Assembly: GCA_964630555.1 (NCBI GenBank)
Contig: CAZVVD010000002.1
Coordinates: forward strand, 1,334-65,333
From: an uncultured Verrucomicrobiota bacterium
GTDB taxonomy: Bacteria > Verrucomicrobiota > Kiritimatiellia > JAAZAB01
Reading direction: 5' to 3'
DNA length: 64,000 nucleotides
Below are positions 39,151 to 51,631 of the stretch, piece by piece. Position 1 is the stretch's first letter. Each line of letters begins with the position of its first letter. The position numbers and the translations under genes are program-made. The notes below the pieces were generated by a model. The model was not told where the DNA came from. It searched no databases and saw only the letters and a program-made list of their open reading frames with translations.

Positions 39151-40275
39151 ATGCCGAATCCCAACAGCAGCTACCGCGAACGCTTCGCCCTGACCCTGGC
39201 CCGCCGGCCCGTGGACCGCTGCCCCCTCGATCTCGGCGGCACGCCCCAGTCCACGATCGATGACCCGGCCATGCAGGCACGCCTCGCCCGCGCTCTCGGG
39301 CTCGCGGGGCCGGCGCCGGCCGATTACGACAAGTTCGACCGGCGCGTCCTCGAACGGTTCGACGTCGATTTCCGGCGCGTCGGCGCGCTGATCGCTTTCA
39401 AGACGGAACGGAACCGGACCGTGTCCACCACGGAATCGGTGGACGCATACGGCATCCGCCACCGGTGCGCCGACGGGCGCTGGAGCATGGTGGAGTTTCC
39501 GCTCGCCGGGGCGGACCTAAACGACCTCGCGGCCTACGAACTGCCGCGGCTGGACCAGGCGGTCACCCCGCTGGACGAGCTGGCGCAGCGGGCGGAATTC
39601 CTGTTCCGGCGCACCCCCTATGTCGTCGTCGGCGAGCATCCCGTCTACGGCGTCCTGGAGCTGGCCTGCTGGCTGTGCGGCTACGACCAGCTCATGCTCA
39701 AGCTGGCCCTCGAGCCGGAGTTCGTGCGCCGGCTGTTCGCGAAGATCCTCGAGTTCCAGAAGGGGATTATCCGCGAATACTACGCCCGGCTCGGGCCGTT
39801 CCTGCACCTCACGACCAGCGGGGACGATTTCGGGACCCAGCACGGGCTGTTCATGTCCCCGGCCATGTGGCGCGAGTTCGTCAAGCCGGCCATGCGCGAG
39901 CGCATTGCCTTCACCGCCCGGTTCACGGACGCCGCCTTCATGCATCACTCCTGCGGGGCGATCGCGCCGATCATCCCCGACCTGGCCGAGATCGGCGTGC
40001 GCATCCTGAACCCGATCCAGCCCGGCGCCGCCGGGATGGACCCGGCCGTCCTGAAAAAGGAATTCGGCGACCGGTTGACGTTCCACGGCGGGCTGGATAC
40101 CCAGGCGGTGCTTCCCTCCAACGACCCGGCCAGGATCGAGCGGGCGGTGGGGGACCTCCTCGGGATCATGAAGCCGCGGGAAGGCGGCGGCTACATCTTT
40201 GCGCCGGCCCACAACATCCAGCGGGACGTCCGGCCGGACGCCGTGATCGCCATGTACCGGGCGGCTGCGCGCTGA
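39151..40275 (+). CDS. uroporphyrinogen decarboxylase (URO-D) family protein (MtaA/CmuA-like)
   Basis: URO-D TIM-barrel family motifs across the ORF; start chosen at MPNPNSSYRERF downstream of the repeated GGGTGCCACCGTGG motif. Confidence 0.7.
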   Translation: MPNPNSSYRERFALTLARRPVDRCPLDLGGTPQSTIDDPAMQARLARALGLAGPAPADYDKFDRRVLERFDVDFRRVGALIAFKTERNRTVSTTESVDAYGIRHRCADGRWSMVEFPLAGADLNDLAAYELPRLDQAVTPLDELAQRAEFLFRRTPYVVVGEHPVYGVLELACWLCGYDQLMLKLALEPEFVRRLFAKILEFQKGIIREYYARLGPFLHLTTSGDDFGTQHGLFMSPAMWREFVKPAMRERIAFTARFTDAAFMHHSCGAIAPIIPDLAEIGVRILNPIQPGAAGMDPAVLKKEFGDRLTFHGGLDTQAVLPSNDPARIERAVGDLLGIMKPREGGGYIFAPAHNIQRDVRPDAVIAMYRAAAR

Positions 40276-40557
40276 ACGGAGGACGTGCGGATTGCTTTTT
40301 TGGGGCCGATTTCAACCGCATCCGATTGTCGCCCGGCACGGTTGGTCCCGCCGGGGCGCCTCGGGGTAGGGGCGTGGGATCGCGAGGAAGAAACGTTGCC
40401 CCAAAAGAAACGAGCACGCCTGTGTGTTTTGGGAGGGTTCCGCATGCGGGTCTGCGGTGGGGAGCATGCCCGCTTGGGAATGGCGGGAGGGCCGGCGCGC
40501 CGCCGGCCGAGTGCGATGGTTCCTCATTGAAAGTCGGGCCGCGGCCCTGGCGCCGCG

Positions 40558-43761
<3,204 letters not shown>

Positions 43762-43806
43762 CTAAGCGGGAAGAAAAGACTTCCCCGATGGGGGCGATCG
43801 CGACGG

Positions 43807-44181
43807 CTAGATGTGCCGGCTATCGCCTTCGTCCTTGGCGGTGTAGCCGGAGTCCTGGCGCTTGAAATTGACCTTATTCTTGGCGACGTAGGCGGCGTGG
43901 ATGTCGCCGGCGCTCATGCCCAGCACCTGGGCCAGCGAGACCAGGAAGTGAAACAGGTCTACCACCTCGACCCGCGCGTTCTGCTTGTCGAACTTCTGGT
44001 ACTTGGCCCACCACTTCCAGGGGACGCTGTCGGTCAGTTCCGCCAGCTCCTGGGACATGGCCCGGCAGTAGTTCAGAATCCATTCCGGCTGGCGCTCCTC
44101 CGGCATCGCCGGCGTGTCGACCCCGATGCGACGGTTCAGTTCGCCCTGGAGGCGGAAGATGTCCTCGAGCATGTCCGGCAT
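43807..44181 (-). CDS. all-alpha NTP pyrophosphohydrolase (MazG-like / dimeric dUTPase family)
   Basis: 124 aa, helical, EExxE-type acidic motifs; immediately upstream of lacZ on the same strand. Confidence 0.55.
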   Translation of the reverse strand: MPDMLEDIFRLQGELNRRIGVDTPAMPEERQPEWILNYCRAMSQELAELTDSVPWKWWAKYQKFDKQNARVEVVDLFHFLVSLAQVLGMSAGDIHAAYVAKNKVNFKRQDSGYTAKDEGDSRHI

Positions 44182-44463
44182 GGCGCGATCCTTTCACTGG
44201 CGGTTAACGCGGAGCGTTTGCAAGGTCTGCCGGCAGACAATACCATTCCTGCCAAATTGTCAAGCGCATTGGCCTGTTGACAGGGGCGGCGCTGCCCCCG
44301 CCGCCCCTGTGTCCTGCTGAATTCGTGGGGGCTGCAGGCTTGAATGCGTTTTCCGGACTGCGTCGATAGGGCAAATTTGGAATGGAATTGGGCGGGGGGG
44401 TGCGGTAGGATTGAAAGCACGCTTGATTTTGCCGCCATCGCGGCGTTACCCGGGAGCGACAAC

Positions 44464-45381
44464 ATGGAAAACCTGGTCATCATCGGAACGGGGCCGGCGG
44501 GCCTGACCGCCGCGATCTACACGGCGCGCGCGGGCCTGGCGCCCGTGGTGCTGGAGGGCGTCCAGCCCGGCGGCCAGCTTGTCTCCACGACCCTGGTCGA
44601 AAACTTTCCGGGCTTCCCCGACGGCGTTGACGGCCCGACGCTGATGCTGTCCATGCGCAGCCAGGCCGAGCGGTTCGGCGCCCGGCTGAACAGCGGGGAG
44701 GCGACCTCCGTGGATTTCGCGCGCCGCCCGTTCCGGGTGACCGTGGACGGCGCCGAGGCGCTGGAGGCGAAGTGCGTCATCATCGCCACCGGCGCCAGCG
44801 CGGTTTACCTGGGGCTGCCCTCGGAGCAGGCCCTCATCGGCCGCGGGGTCTCGGCCTGCGCCACCTGCGACGCCGCCCTCTACCGCGGCAAGGCCGTGGC
44901 CGTGGTCGGGGGGGGGGACACCGCCCTCGAGGACGCCCTCCTGCTCGCGCGCTTCGCCTCGCGGGTGACCATCCTCCATCGGCGGGATCAGTTCCGGGCC
45001 TCGAAGATCATGGCGGAGCGCGCGCTGAAGGAGCCGAAGATCCGGGTGCTCTGGGACAGCGTCGTGGACGAGGTGCTGGACGTGGCCCGCAAGGAAGTGA
45101 CCGGCTTGAAGATCAAAAATGTCAAAACCGGCGCGGTCTCCGAGCTGGCAGTGGACGGCCTGTTCGTGGCCATCGGGCACCGGCCCAACACGGAGCCGTT
45201 TGCCGGCCAGGTGACCCTGAACGGGCAGGGGTATGTCGTCGCCGAGGGGGGCCGGACGAATATCCCCGGCGTGTTCGCGGCCGGCGACGTCCAGGACCCG
45301 GTCTACCGGCAGGCGGTCACGGCCGCAGGCTCCGGCTGCATGGCCGGCCTGGAAGCGGTGCGGTATTTGAACGACAGGTGA
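44464..45381 (+). CDS. trxB: thioredoxin-disulfide reductase
   Basis: FAD GxGxxG (IIGTGPAG), redox CATC motif, NADPH GGGDTA motif. Confidence 0.9.
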   Translation: MENLVIIGTGPAGLTAAIYTARAGLAPVVLEGVQPGGQLVSTTLVENFPGFPDGVDGPTLMLSMRSQAERFGARLNSGEATSVDFARRPFRVTVDGAEALEAKCVIIATGASAVYLGLPSEQALIGRGVSACATCDAALYRGKAVAVVGGGDTALEDALLLARFASRVTILHRRDQFRASKIMAERALKEPKIRVLWDSVVDEVLDVARKEVTGLKIKNVKTGAVSELAVDGLFVAIGHRPNTEPFAGQVTLNGQGYVVAEGGRTNIPGVFAAGDVQDPVYRQAVTAAGSGCMAGLEAVRYLNDR

Positions 45382-45500
45382 CGGCCCCGTCCCCCAGGAC
45401 CTCGGCGGATGGGCCCTGGGGCGGCGCCCAAAGCGGCGGGCCTGATTGACCGGAAGAGACTCCCCAACAAACGCAACCGTCCGAAGCGGGAAGGGTCCCA

Positions 45501-48500
45501 ATGAACACGCGGAAAGGTTGGGTGTTGACGGCGATCCTGGCGGGCGCCGGCGCCCTGGGCCTGCGAGCGGCCGAACCGGCGCCGGCGTTTCCGCCGCTAC
45601 CGCAGATCGCGATCCTGCAGGCGGACAAGGCCCCGGTGGTGGATGGCGTGCTGGACGACGCCTGCTGGGCTCAGGCCGAGGAATCCTCGGTGCTCACCGA
45701 TGAGTACTCGTTCCCGGTCAAGCTGCAGACCACCTTCCAGGTCGCCCAGAAGGACGCCACGCTCTACCTGGCGATCCGGGGGCGCTACGACGAGAAGCCG
45801 GCCCGGCAGACCAACAAGGGCGCCACCCACAACGGGAACATGTGGGACGAGGAGGTCGTCGAGATTTTCCTGGATCCCGACAACGAGGATACGCCGGGCT
45901 ACTACCAGTTGATCGTCACGCCCTTCGACGTCACCGCGGAGTTTTTCAACCGCGCGGCCCGCGATACCGAGAAGCGCTGGACGCCGGACTACGAGGTCAA
46001 GAGCCGGTGGACCACCAACGCCTGGACCATTGAGTACGGGATCCCCCTGGCGGCCTTCGACCAGACCGCGACCCTGTACGAGAACTTCGGGCTCAACGTG
46101 CACCGGGTGGACGCGGTCTACTGGGGGGTGGCGACCTGGGCGCCGCTGCACAGCGAGAACCTGCACTTCCCGCACCGCTTCGGCGAGGCGCGCGGCCTTC
46201 GGGGCGTGGGGGTGAAAACCAACGCGGCCGGCCGGCTGCGGATGCCGGAACTGCGGGTCAACGACCGGGTGATCCGGGCCAAGGCGAATCCCTCGCTCGT
46301 GCCCGAAAAGCCGCCGGCGCTGGTGTCCGGACCGGAGGTCAAGGCCTCGGGCGGCTCGGCCGAGATCGGCTTCGAGGTCAACACGCCCACGGACGTGGCG
46401 GTGTGGCTTGAGGACGCGCGCGGCGAGCGGGTGCGGCACCTGGCGGCGGGCCTGCTGGGGGCGAATCCGCCGGCGCCGCTGCAGAAGGACACGCTCCGGC
46501 AGGTCCTGGCCTGGGATTACAAGGACGATGTCGGCAAGAAAGTCCCGGCCGGATCTTACCAGGTCAAGGTGGGTGTGGGGTCCCAGGCCAGGCTGGACAA
46601 GGAGCTCGACCGCAGCGAAGCCCCGCGCGCGATTCACGGGGTGGCGGTGGATCCGCAGGGGGCGGTGTTCACGATCAGCGGCGCCTGGGACGAATGGACC
46701 GAAATCCGCAAGTACGACCGCGCCGGCAAGTTCGTCTCGATGCTGATGCCGCCGCCGGCGGACGTGCCCGCCGAGAAGCTCAAAGGGTTGAACATCATTG
46801 ACTACGGGCCCGACGGCCAGGTGCGGTTCGGCAGCCACCGGTTCGGGGCGACGCTGCCCCACCTCGACCTGCCGATGCCCCAGACCCTGCTGGTCAACGG
46901 CAAGGGACAGCTGATCTTTTTCGGCGGCGAATACCCGGGCGGGCCGGCGCGGCTCTACAAGATCAACGGCGACGGCAGCCTGCCGGCCGATTTCATCGGC
47001 CCGCGGATCGTGGACTGGAACTGGATGGCCTGGTGGGAGCTGCACGCCAAGCGGTTTCACTTCGCGCTCGATCCCCGCGACGGAGAAACCGTCTACGTGA
47101 GCGGGCTGAAATCCATCCATCGCGGCGACACGGCGGTGGCCGAAACCAATCCCGAGCTGGTTGCCGGCAAGCGCGAGACCTTCCACAACGCCGTCTTCCG
47201 CGTCCGCTGGGCGCCGGACGCGCCCCTCGAGGTTTTCGCGGGCAAACCCAACACCCACGGCACGGCCGGCTCGGACAAGCCGGGCGAGTTTTTCGATCCG
47301 CAGGGCATCGCCTTCGACAACGACGGCCACCTGTGGGTCTGCGACCGGCGCAACAACCGCATCCAGGTGCTGAATCGCGACGGCAAGTTCCTGCGCCAGT
47401 TTTCGCACACCGGGCCCTACGAGGCGCGCATCAGCCGCAAAACCGGGGAAGCCTACGTCCTGGGGATCGTGCCCACGAATTTTCTGTACAAGGGCAAGAA
47501 GATCCTCAGCCACATGTCGGCCGTCGAGCTGACGAAATATTCGGCGGACGCGCAGCCGAAAGTCCTGGCCCGGACCCGGCTCCTCGGAATGGAGCGCAAG
47601 GAACTGTTCGGCGTGACCGGGATGGACTGGGGGTTCTGGAGCTACTGGTGGACCCTGGCCCTGGACGACTCGGGCGCCCAGCCCGCGGTCTGGGTGGTCT
47701 GGGGGGCCGGCAATGTCAATCCCGGCCACGGCTCCGGCAGCGCCGGCGCCAAATCGCTGGCGCGGGTGGCGGACCTGGGGGACAAGTTCGGGGAACCCGA
47801 AGTCCTGATTGGCAAGACCCCGCCGCGTTTCCATTCCCGCATCACGGTGGGATGGGAGTCGGATGTCATTCCTTTGCACACCGGCTACCTCGACGCCAAC
47901 GCCGGGCGGGCGGTTACGGAGGGCTTGCCCGCCCGCGCCGGCGGCGAGAAGGTTGCCGCGCGGGACGGGCGCTGGGTGGTGCGCAACGCCAACGAATATC
48001 TGTCGGTCTACCCGGAAGCCTGGGGGACAAACCCGGCGGCGCCCTCGCTCTGCTCGTGGGCGCTGACCCCCCCCGCCTTTGCGGAACACCAGCCCGGGTT
48101 GGCCGTGGCGCCCGGCGGCGACCTGTATGTGGCGCGTTATTATAACTACCGGTATGCCGAGGGCGCGCCCGGCGGCATCGAGGGTCCGGATCATCATGTC
48201 GCCATCGACCGCTACAGCCTGGACGGCAAGCTGCTGGCCCAGCGCGTGGTGTACGAGCTGTCGCCGGCCGCGTGTTCGCCGGCGGTGGACCTCCGGGGCA
48301 ACATCTACGTCGGCGATAATTTCGGACGCCGGATCGGCGGCGAGTTTTTTTACGAGCGGGATATCGCCGCCAACCTGCCGGCCTGGATGCCGGATTACCG
48401 CATCGGCGCGGCGGAATGGGACCGGCTGCGGGCGGGCGACAAGCTCGAGGCCGGCTACCAGAAGTTCGTGATCAATCCCCTCATCCAGCGGGTGGGCGCG

Positions 48501-49106
48501 GTCTACAAGTTCGGCCCGCGCGGCGGCGGCATCCTCTGGCGCGCGGCCCAGGCCCGGCACACGCCCGCCTATGTCGCGCACCAACCCCAGACCAACAAGG
48601 ATGGCAGGGTGATGTTTGCGGATTGGCACTATCCCTGCACCCCCGCCCCCAAGCGGCCGGCGACGCATTGGAGCTCGGCCGTGACCGCCAAGAACTCGCA
48701 GAGCGAGCACGGCATGTATCCCTGCTGGACCGAGGGGGTCGAGTGGGAATTCCTGGGCGCCAGCCCGGTCCCGGGCCGCTTCAGCAAGACCCGCGAGTCG
48801 AGCCTGGCCGGCGGACTGCGGTTCTGCGTGGACGATTTCGGACGCCTCTACCTGCCGGCCGCGCACCGGAACACGGTCCGCCTGCTCGACACCGCCGGCA
48901 ACGAACTGCTGCGCATCGGGAGCTACGGCAACCTGGATTCCGGGCCCGGCGGGCGGCTAAAAACGCCGGAAGTTCCCCTGTGGTATCCCTGCGCCGCGGC
49001 GCTGTCGAAGCGCTATCTGTATATCGGCGAGCGCTACCTCCCGCGCCTGCTGCGCATCCGGATGGGGTATTGCCAGGAAAAGACCGCGGACCTGGCGGTT
49101 CCCTAG
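45501..49106 (+). CDS. large secreted protein with N-terminal CBM9/DOMON-like carbohydrate-binding domain and NHL-repeat beta-propeller
   Basis: Signal peptide; CBM9-like block (ATLYLAIRG...NMWDEEVVEIFLDPDNE); NHL repeat (GEFFDPQGIAFDNDGHLWVCDRRNNRIQVL). Confidence 0.75.
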   Translation: MNTRKGWVLTAILAGAGALGLRAAEPAPAFPPLPQIAILQADKAPVVDGVLDDACWAQAEESSVLTDEYSFPVKLQTTFQVAQKDATLYLAIRGRYDEKPARQTNKGATHNGNMWDEEVVEIFLDPDNEDTPGYYQLIVTPFDVTAEFFNRAARDTEKRWTPDYEVKSRWTTNAWTIEYGIPLAAFDQTATLYENFGLNVHRVDAVYWGVATWAPLHSENLHFPHRFGEARGLRGVGVKTNAAGRLRMPELRVNDRVIRAKANPSLVPEKPPALVSGPEVKASGGSAEIGFEVNTPTDVAVWLEDARGERVRHLAAGLLGANPPAPLQKDTLRQVLAWDYKDDVGKKVPAGSYQVKVGVGSQARLDKELDRSEAPRAIHGVAVDPQGAVFTISGAWDEWTEIRKYDRAGKFVSMLMPPPADVPAEKLKGLNIIDYGPDGQVRFGSHRFGATLPHLDLPMPQTLLVNGKGQLIFFGGEYPGGPARLYKINGDGSLPADFIGPRIVDWNWMAWWELHAKRFHFALDPRDGETVYVSGLKSIHRGDTAVAETNPELVAGKRETFHNAVFRVRWAPDAPLEVFAGKPNTHGTAGSDKPGEFFDPQGIAFDNDGHLWVCDRRNNRIQVLNRDGKFLRQFSHTGPYEARISRKTGEAYVLGIVPTNFLYKGKKILSHMSAVELTKYSADAQPKVLARTRLLGMERKELFGVTGMDWGFWSYWWTLALDDSGAQPAVWVVWGAGNVNPGHGSGSAGAKSLARVADLGDKFGEPEVLIGKTPPRFHSRITVGWESDVIPLHTGYLDANAGRAVTEGLPARAGGEKVAARDGRWVVRNANEYLSVYPEAWGTNPAAPSLCSWALTPPAFAEHQPGLAVAPGGDLYVARYYNYRYAEGAPGGIEGPDHHVAIDRYSLDGKLLAQRVVYELSPAACSPAVDLRGNIYVGDNFGRRIGGEFFYERDIAANLPAWMPDYRIGAAEWDRLRAGDKLEAGYQKFVINPLIQRVGAVYKFGPRGGGILWRAAQARHTPAYVAHQPQTNKDGRVMFADWHYPCTPAPKRPATHWSSAVTAKNSQSEHGMYPCWTEGVEWEFLGASPVPGRFSKTRESSLAGGLRFCVDDFGRLYLPAAHRNTVRLLDTAGNELLRIGSYGNLDSGPGGRLKTPEVPLWYPCAAALSKRYLYIGERYLPRLLRIRMGYCQEKTADLAVP

Positions 49107-49160
49107 CCTGAATCATTCGCACGCAGCGAATTATTCACCGCTCCGCGGCCGCCACGTGAG

Positions 49161-49237
49161 TCACGTCTCTGGCGCAATGTGTTGCGCCAGAGTGACCTAT
49201 TCAACAACCTGAAAAGTTGATGAATAGGTCAGGCTAG
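49161..49237. repeat. 77-bp double-hairpin element, copy 1
   Basis: TCACGTCTCTGGCGCAATGTGTTGCGCCAGAGTGACCTATTCAACAACCTGAAAAGTTGATGAATAGGTCAGGCTAG. Near-identical to 57238-57313. Hairpin 1 is an 11-bp perfect stem CTCTGGCGCAA/TTGCGCCAGAG; hairpin 2 is CCTATTCAACAAC/GTTGATGAATAGG. Confidence 0.55.
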
Positions 49238-49243
49238 CCGCCG

Positions 49244-49269
49244 GTCGGGCTTTGGCCCTCCCGTCTGCC
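49244..49269 (+). promoter_or_regulatory. conserved upstream motif GTCGGGCTTTGGCCCTCCCGTCTGCC (second copy at 50510-50535)
   Basis: 24/26 identity between two sites, each shortly upstream of a + strand gene (hisC; DUF1080-like). Confidence 0.35.
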
Positions 49270-49327
49270 GCCGTTTTGCCCTCCGCCCGCGCGCCGGTTC
49301 CGCTTGCTTTCCGTCGTTCCCCGTGCC

Positions 49328-50410
49328 ATGGTGTCCGGCAACACGCAGCCCTCTATCATGATGAATGCCTGGATCAAGCAATCGGTGCGGGCGATGACCG
49401 GATACGTTCCCGGCGAGCAGCCGGCGGACCTGTCCGTGATCAAACTCAACACCAACGAGAATCCTTATCCGCCGTCGCCGGGGATCCGGAAGGTTTTGGC
49501 GGGGCTGGACCTGGATGCGCTCCGCCGCTATCCGGACCCGCTCAGCGGCTCCCTGCGCCGCGAGCTGGCCAACCTGCACGGGTGCGACCCGGAAAGGGTG
49601 TTTGCGGGGAACGGCTCCGACGAGATTTTGTCCCTGTGCACGCGGGCGTTCGTGGAGGACAAGGGGGCCATCGGCTTTTTCACCCCGTCCTATTCCCTGT
49701 ATCCCGTGTTGGCCGATATCCGCGATGTCGCGTCCCGGCCGGTGGCGCTGGGCCGGCGCTTCGAATGGCGGATGCCGAAGGGGTATGCCGCCTCGCTGTT
49801 TTTCCTGACCAACCCCAACGCGCCCACCGGGATCCTCTACCCGAAACCCCTCGTGCGGGACTTCTGCCGCCGGTTCCGGGGCGTGGTGGTGATCGACGAG
49901 GCCTACGTGGATTTTTCGCGCGAACATTGCATGGACTTGGCTCTGGCCTCCGATCATGTCCTGGTCCTGCGCACCCTGTCGAAGGCCTACTCGCTGGCGG
50001 GGCTGCGGCTGGGCTACGCCGTGGGGTCGGCGCCGCTGATTGCGGCCCTCACTAAGATCAAGGATTCCTACAACCTGGACCGGCTGACGCAGGAGGTCGG
50101 GAAGGCGGCGGTTCTGGACCAGCCCGCCATGCGCGCCAATGTCGCGCGGGTCAAGCAGACCCGCGCGCGGCTGGCGGGCGCTCTGGCGCGCCTGGGGTTT
50201 GACGTGTTTCCGTCGGAGACCAATTTCCTGTGGGTCAAGCCCCCGCGGCTGGCGGCCGGGGCGGTGTACCGGCGCCTGGCCGCGCGCAAGATCTTCGTGC
50301 GCTATTTCGCCGGCCGCCGTACCGGCGCTTACCTCCGCATCACCGTCGGCACCGATCCCCAGGTCGACACGCTCCTGGCTTCACTTCGCCAGATCTTCGG
50401 CGCAAAGTGA
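49328..50410 (+). CDS. hisC: histidinol-phosphate aminotransferase
   Basis: Class II aminotransferase; PLP Lys context LRTLSKAYSLAGLRLGY; NENP N-terminal motif. Confidence 0.85.
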   Translation: MVSGNTQPSIMMNAWIKQSVRAMTGYVPGEQPADLSVIKLNTNENPYPPSPGIRKVLAGLDLDALRRYPDPLSGSLRRELANLHGCDPERVFAGNGSDEILSLCTRAFVEDKGAIGFFTPSYSLYPVLADIRDVASRPVALGRRFEWRMPKGYAASLFFLTNPNAPTGILYPKPLVRDFCRRFRGVVVIDEAYVDFSREHCMDLALASDHVLVLRTLSKAYSLAGLRLGYAVGSAPLIAALTKIKDSYNLDRLTQEVGKAAVLDQPAMRANVARVKQTRARLAGALARLGFDVFPSETNFLWVKPPRLAAGAVYRRLAARKIFVRYFAGRRTGAYLRITVGTDPQVDTLLASLRQIFGAK

Positions 50411-50414
50411 AACG

Positions 50415-50442
50415 TTGGCGGCTCATCCGACAGAGCCGCCAA
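50415..50442. terminator. hairpin TTGGCGGCTC-ATCCGACA-GAGCCGCCAA after hisC
   Basis: Perfect 10-bp stem read directly, 5 nt after the stop, followed by an AT-rich stretch. Confidence 0.45.
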
Positions 50443-50509
50443 GAACGAAAGATATAGTATAATATCAAGTCCTGTTCCGGCGGCTGGCCCTAATCAGTGC
50501 TCGCAGCCT

Positions 50510-50535
50510 GTCGGGCTTTGGGCCTCCGGTCTGCC
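50510..50535 (+). promoter_or_regulatory. second copy of GTCGGGCTTTGG(G)CCTCC(G)GTCTGCC motif
   Basis: See 49244-49269; ends 21 nt before ATG 50557. Confidence 0.35.
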
Positions 50536-50556
50536 AATCAAGGAAGGTGGAGGACT

Positions 50557-51621
50557 ATGAAGCGATTCGCGTCTTGCGTCCTGGCTCTCATCGTAGCGGC
50601 GCTGGCCGGAGCGGCCTGGGCGGAACAGCCGCTTTCTCTTGAGCTGACCCTGAAAGACGGCTCGCGCATCATCGGGGTTCCCGTTATTGAATCGGTGCCG
50701 GTGGAGACATCCTACGCTAAGATGGACTTGTCCCTGCGGCAGATCGTGGCCCTGGAGATGGGCGCGGATCAGGAAACGGTCACCTTCGACCTACGGAACG
50801 GAGACAGGCTGAAGGGGGTTGTCGCCCTTGAGGCGCTGTCCCTTGAGACGGCGTTCGGGAAGGTGTCGATCAACCTCGGGCACCTGCAGCGCCTGCGCGT
50901 CAGGTCGGCGGGCCGGGCGCTGCCGGGTGGCGAAGGGGCCTTGGCCTTCGGCGGTCTGCACTGGATGGCTTGGCGAACGGCGTTCGAGGTGCAGGGGGAC
51001 AAGTTGGTGGCACTGCCCAAGGCGCGGCCGGGGTTCAACTACGGCCATGACGGCAACGGGCGCTCGTCCTGGCTCGTGAGCAACGTTGGCAATCCGGATT
51101 GGAAGGATTACACCGTGGAGTTCGAGTATTGCATGAGCGGGGTGGATCCGGCGTTCAACCCATGCGGGCTGCCCCTGGACTATAGATCCGGCCAGATCAT
51201 GTTCCATGTCGCCGACGCGAAGGAGAGCTGGAACGAGCGCGGCGCCAGCATGTACACCCTCAGCCTGGGTTGCGACGGCTTCGGTTCTGCCCCCAGGTTC
51301 ATGCGGTGGAGACTCGCTGGTTACTACAACGCGTATTGCCGCGCGCCGGCTGGCTGTAGCGCCTGGCAGAGCGACGACGAGCGGCGGCTGGCGGAGGGCC
51401 AGGGCCTGGAGCTGGATCCTAAGACGGGAAACAAGTTTCGGATTGACGTGTGCGGGACGCGCATCCAGATCTGGGTGGATGGAAGCCAGATCGCGGACGT
51501 GCGGGACGAAAAAATGGCCGAGAGCATCGGGGGTCAGACGCTGGACCACGGCGGCATCGGTTTCAATTGGCAGGCCGAATGCATGGGGTGGATCCGCAAC
51601 CTTTCCGCGAAGCAGTTATAA
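50557..51621 (+). CDS. secreted protein with C-terminal DUF1080 (LamG-like / 3-keto-disaccharide hydrolase-like) domain
   Basis: RBS AGGTGGAGG; signal peptide; C-terminal FRIDVCGTRIQIWVDGSQIADV...GGIGFNWQAECMGWIRNLS pattern typical of DUF1080. Confidence 0.6.
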   Translation: MKRFASCVLALIVAALAGAAWAEQPLSLELTLKDGSRIIGVPVIESVPVETSYAKMDLSLRQIVALEMGADQETVTFDLRNGDRLKGVVALEALSLETAFGKVSINLGHLQRLRVRSAGRALPGGEGALAFGGLHWMAWRTAFEVQGDKLVALPKARPGFNYGHDGNGRSSWLVSNVGNPDWKDYTVEFEYCMSGVDPAFNPCGLPLDYRSGQIMFHVADAKESWNERGASMYTLSLGCDGFGSAPRFMRWRLAGYYNAYCRAPAGCSAWQSDDERRLAEGQGLELDPKTGNKFRIDVCGTRIQIWVDGSQIADVRDEKMAESIGGQTLDHGGIGFNWQAECMGWIRNLSAKQL

Positions 51622-51631
51622 AGGGCACAGC

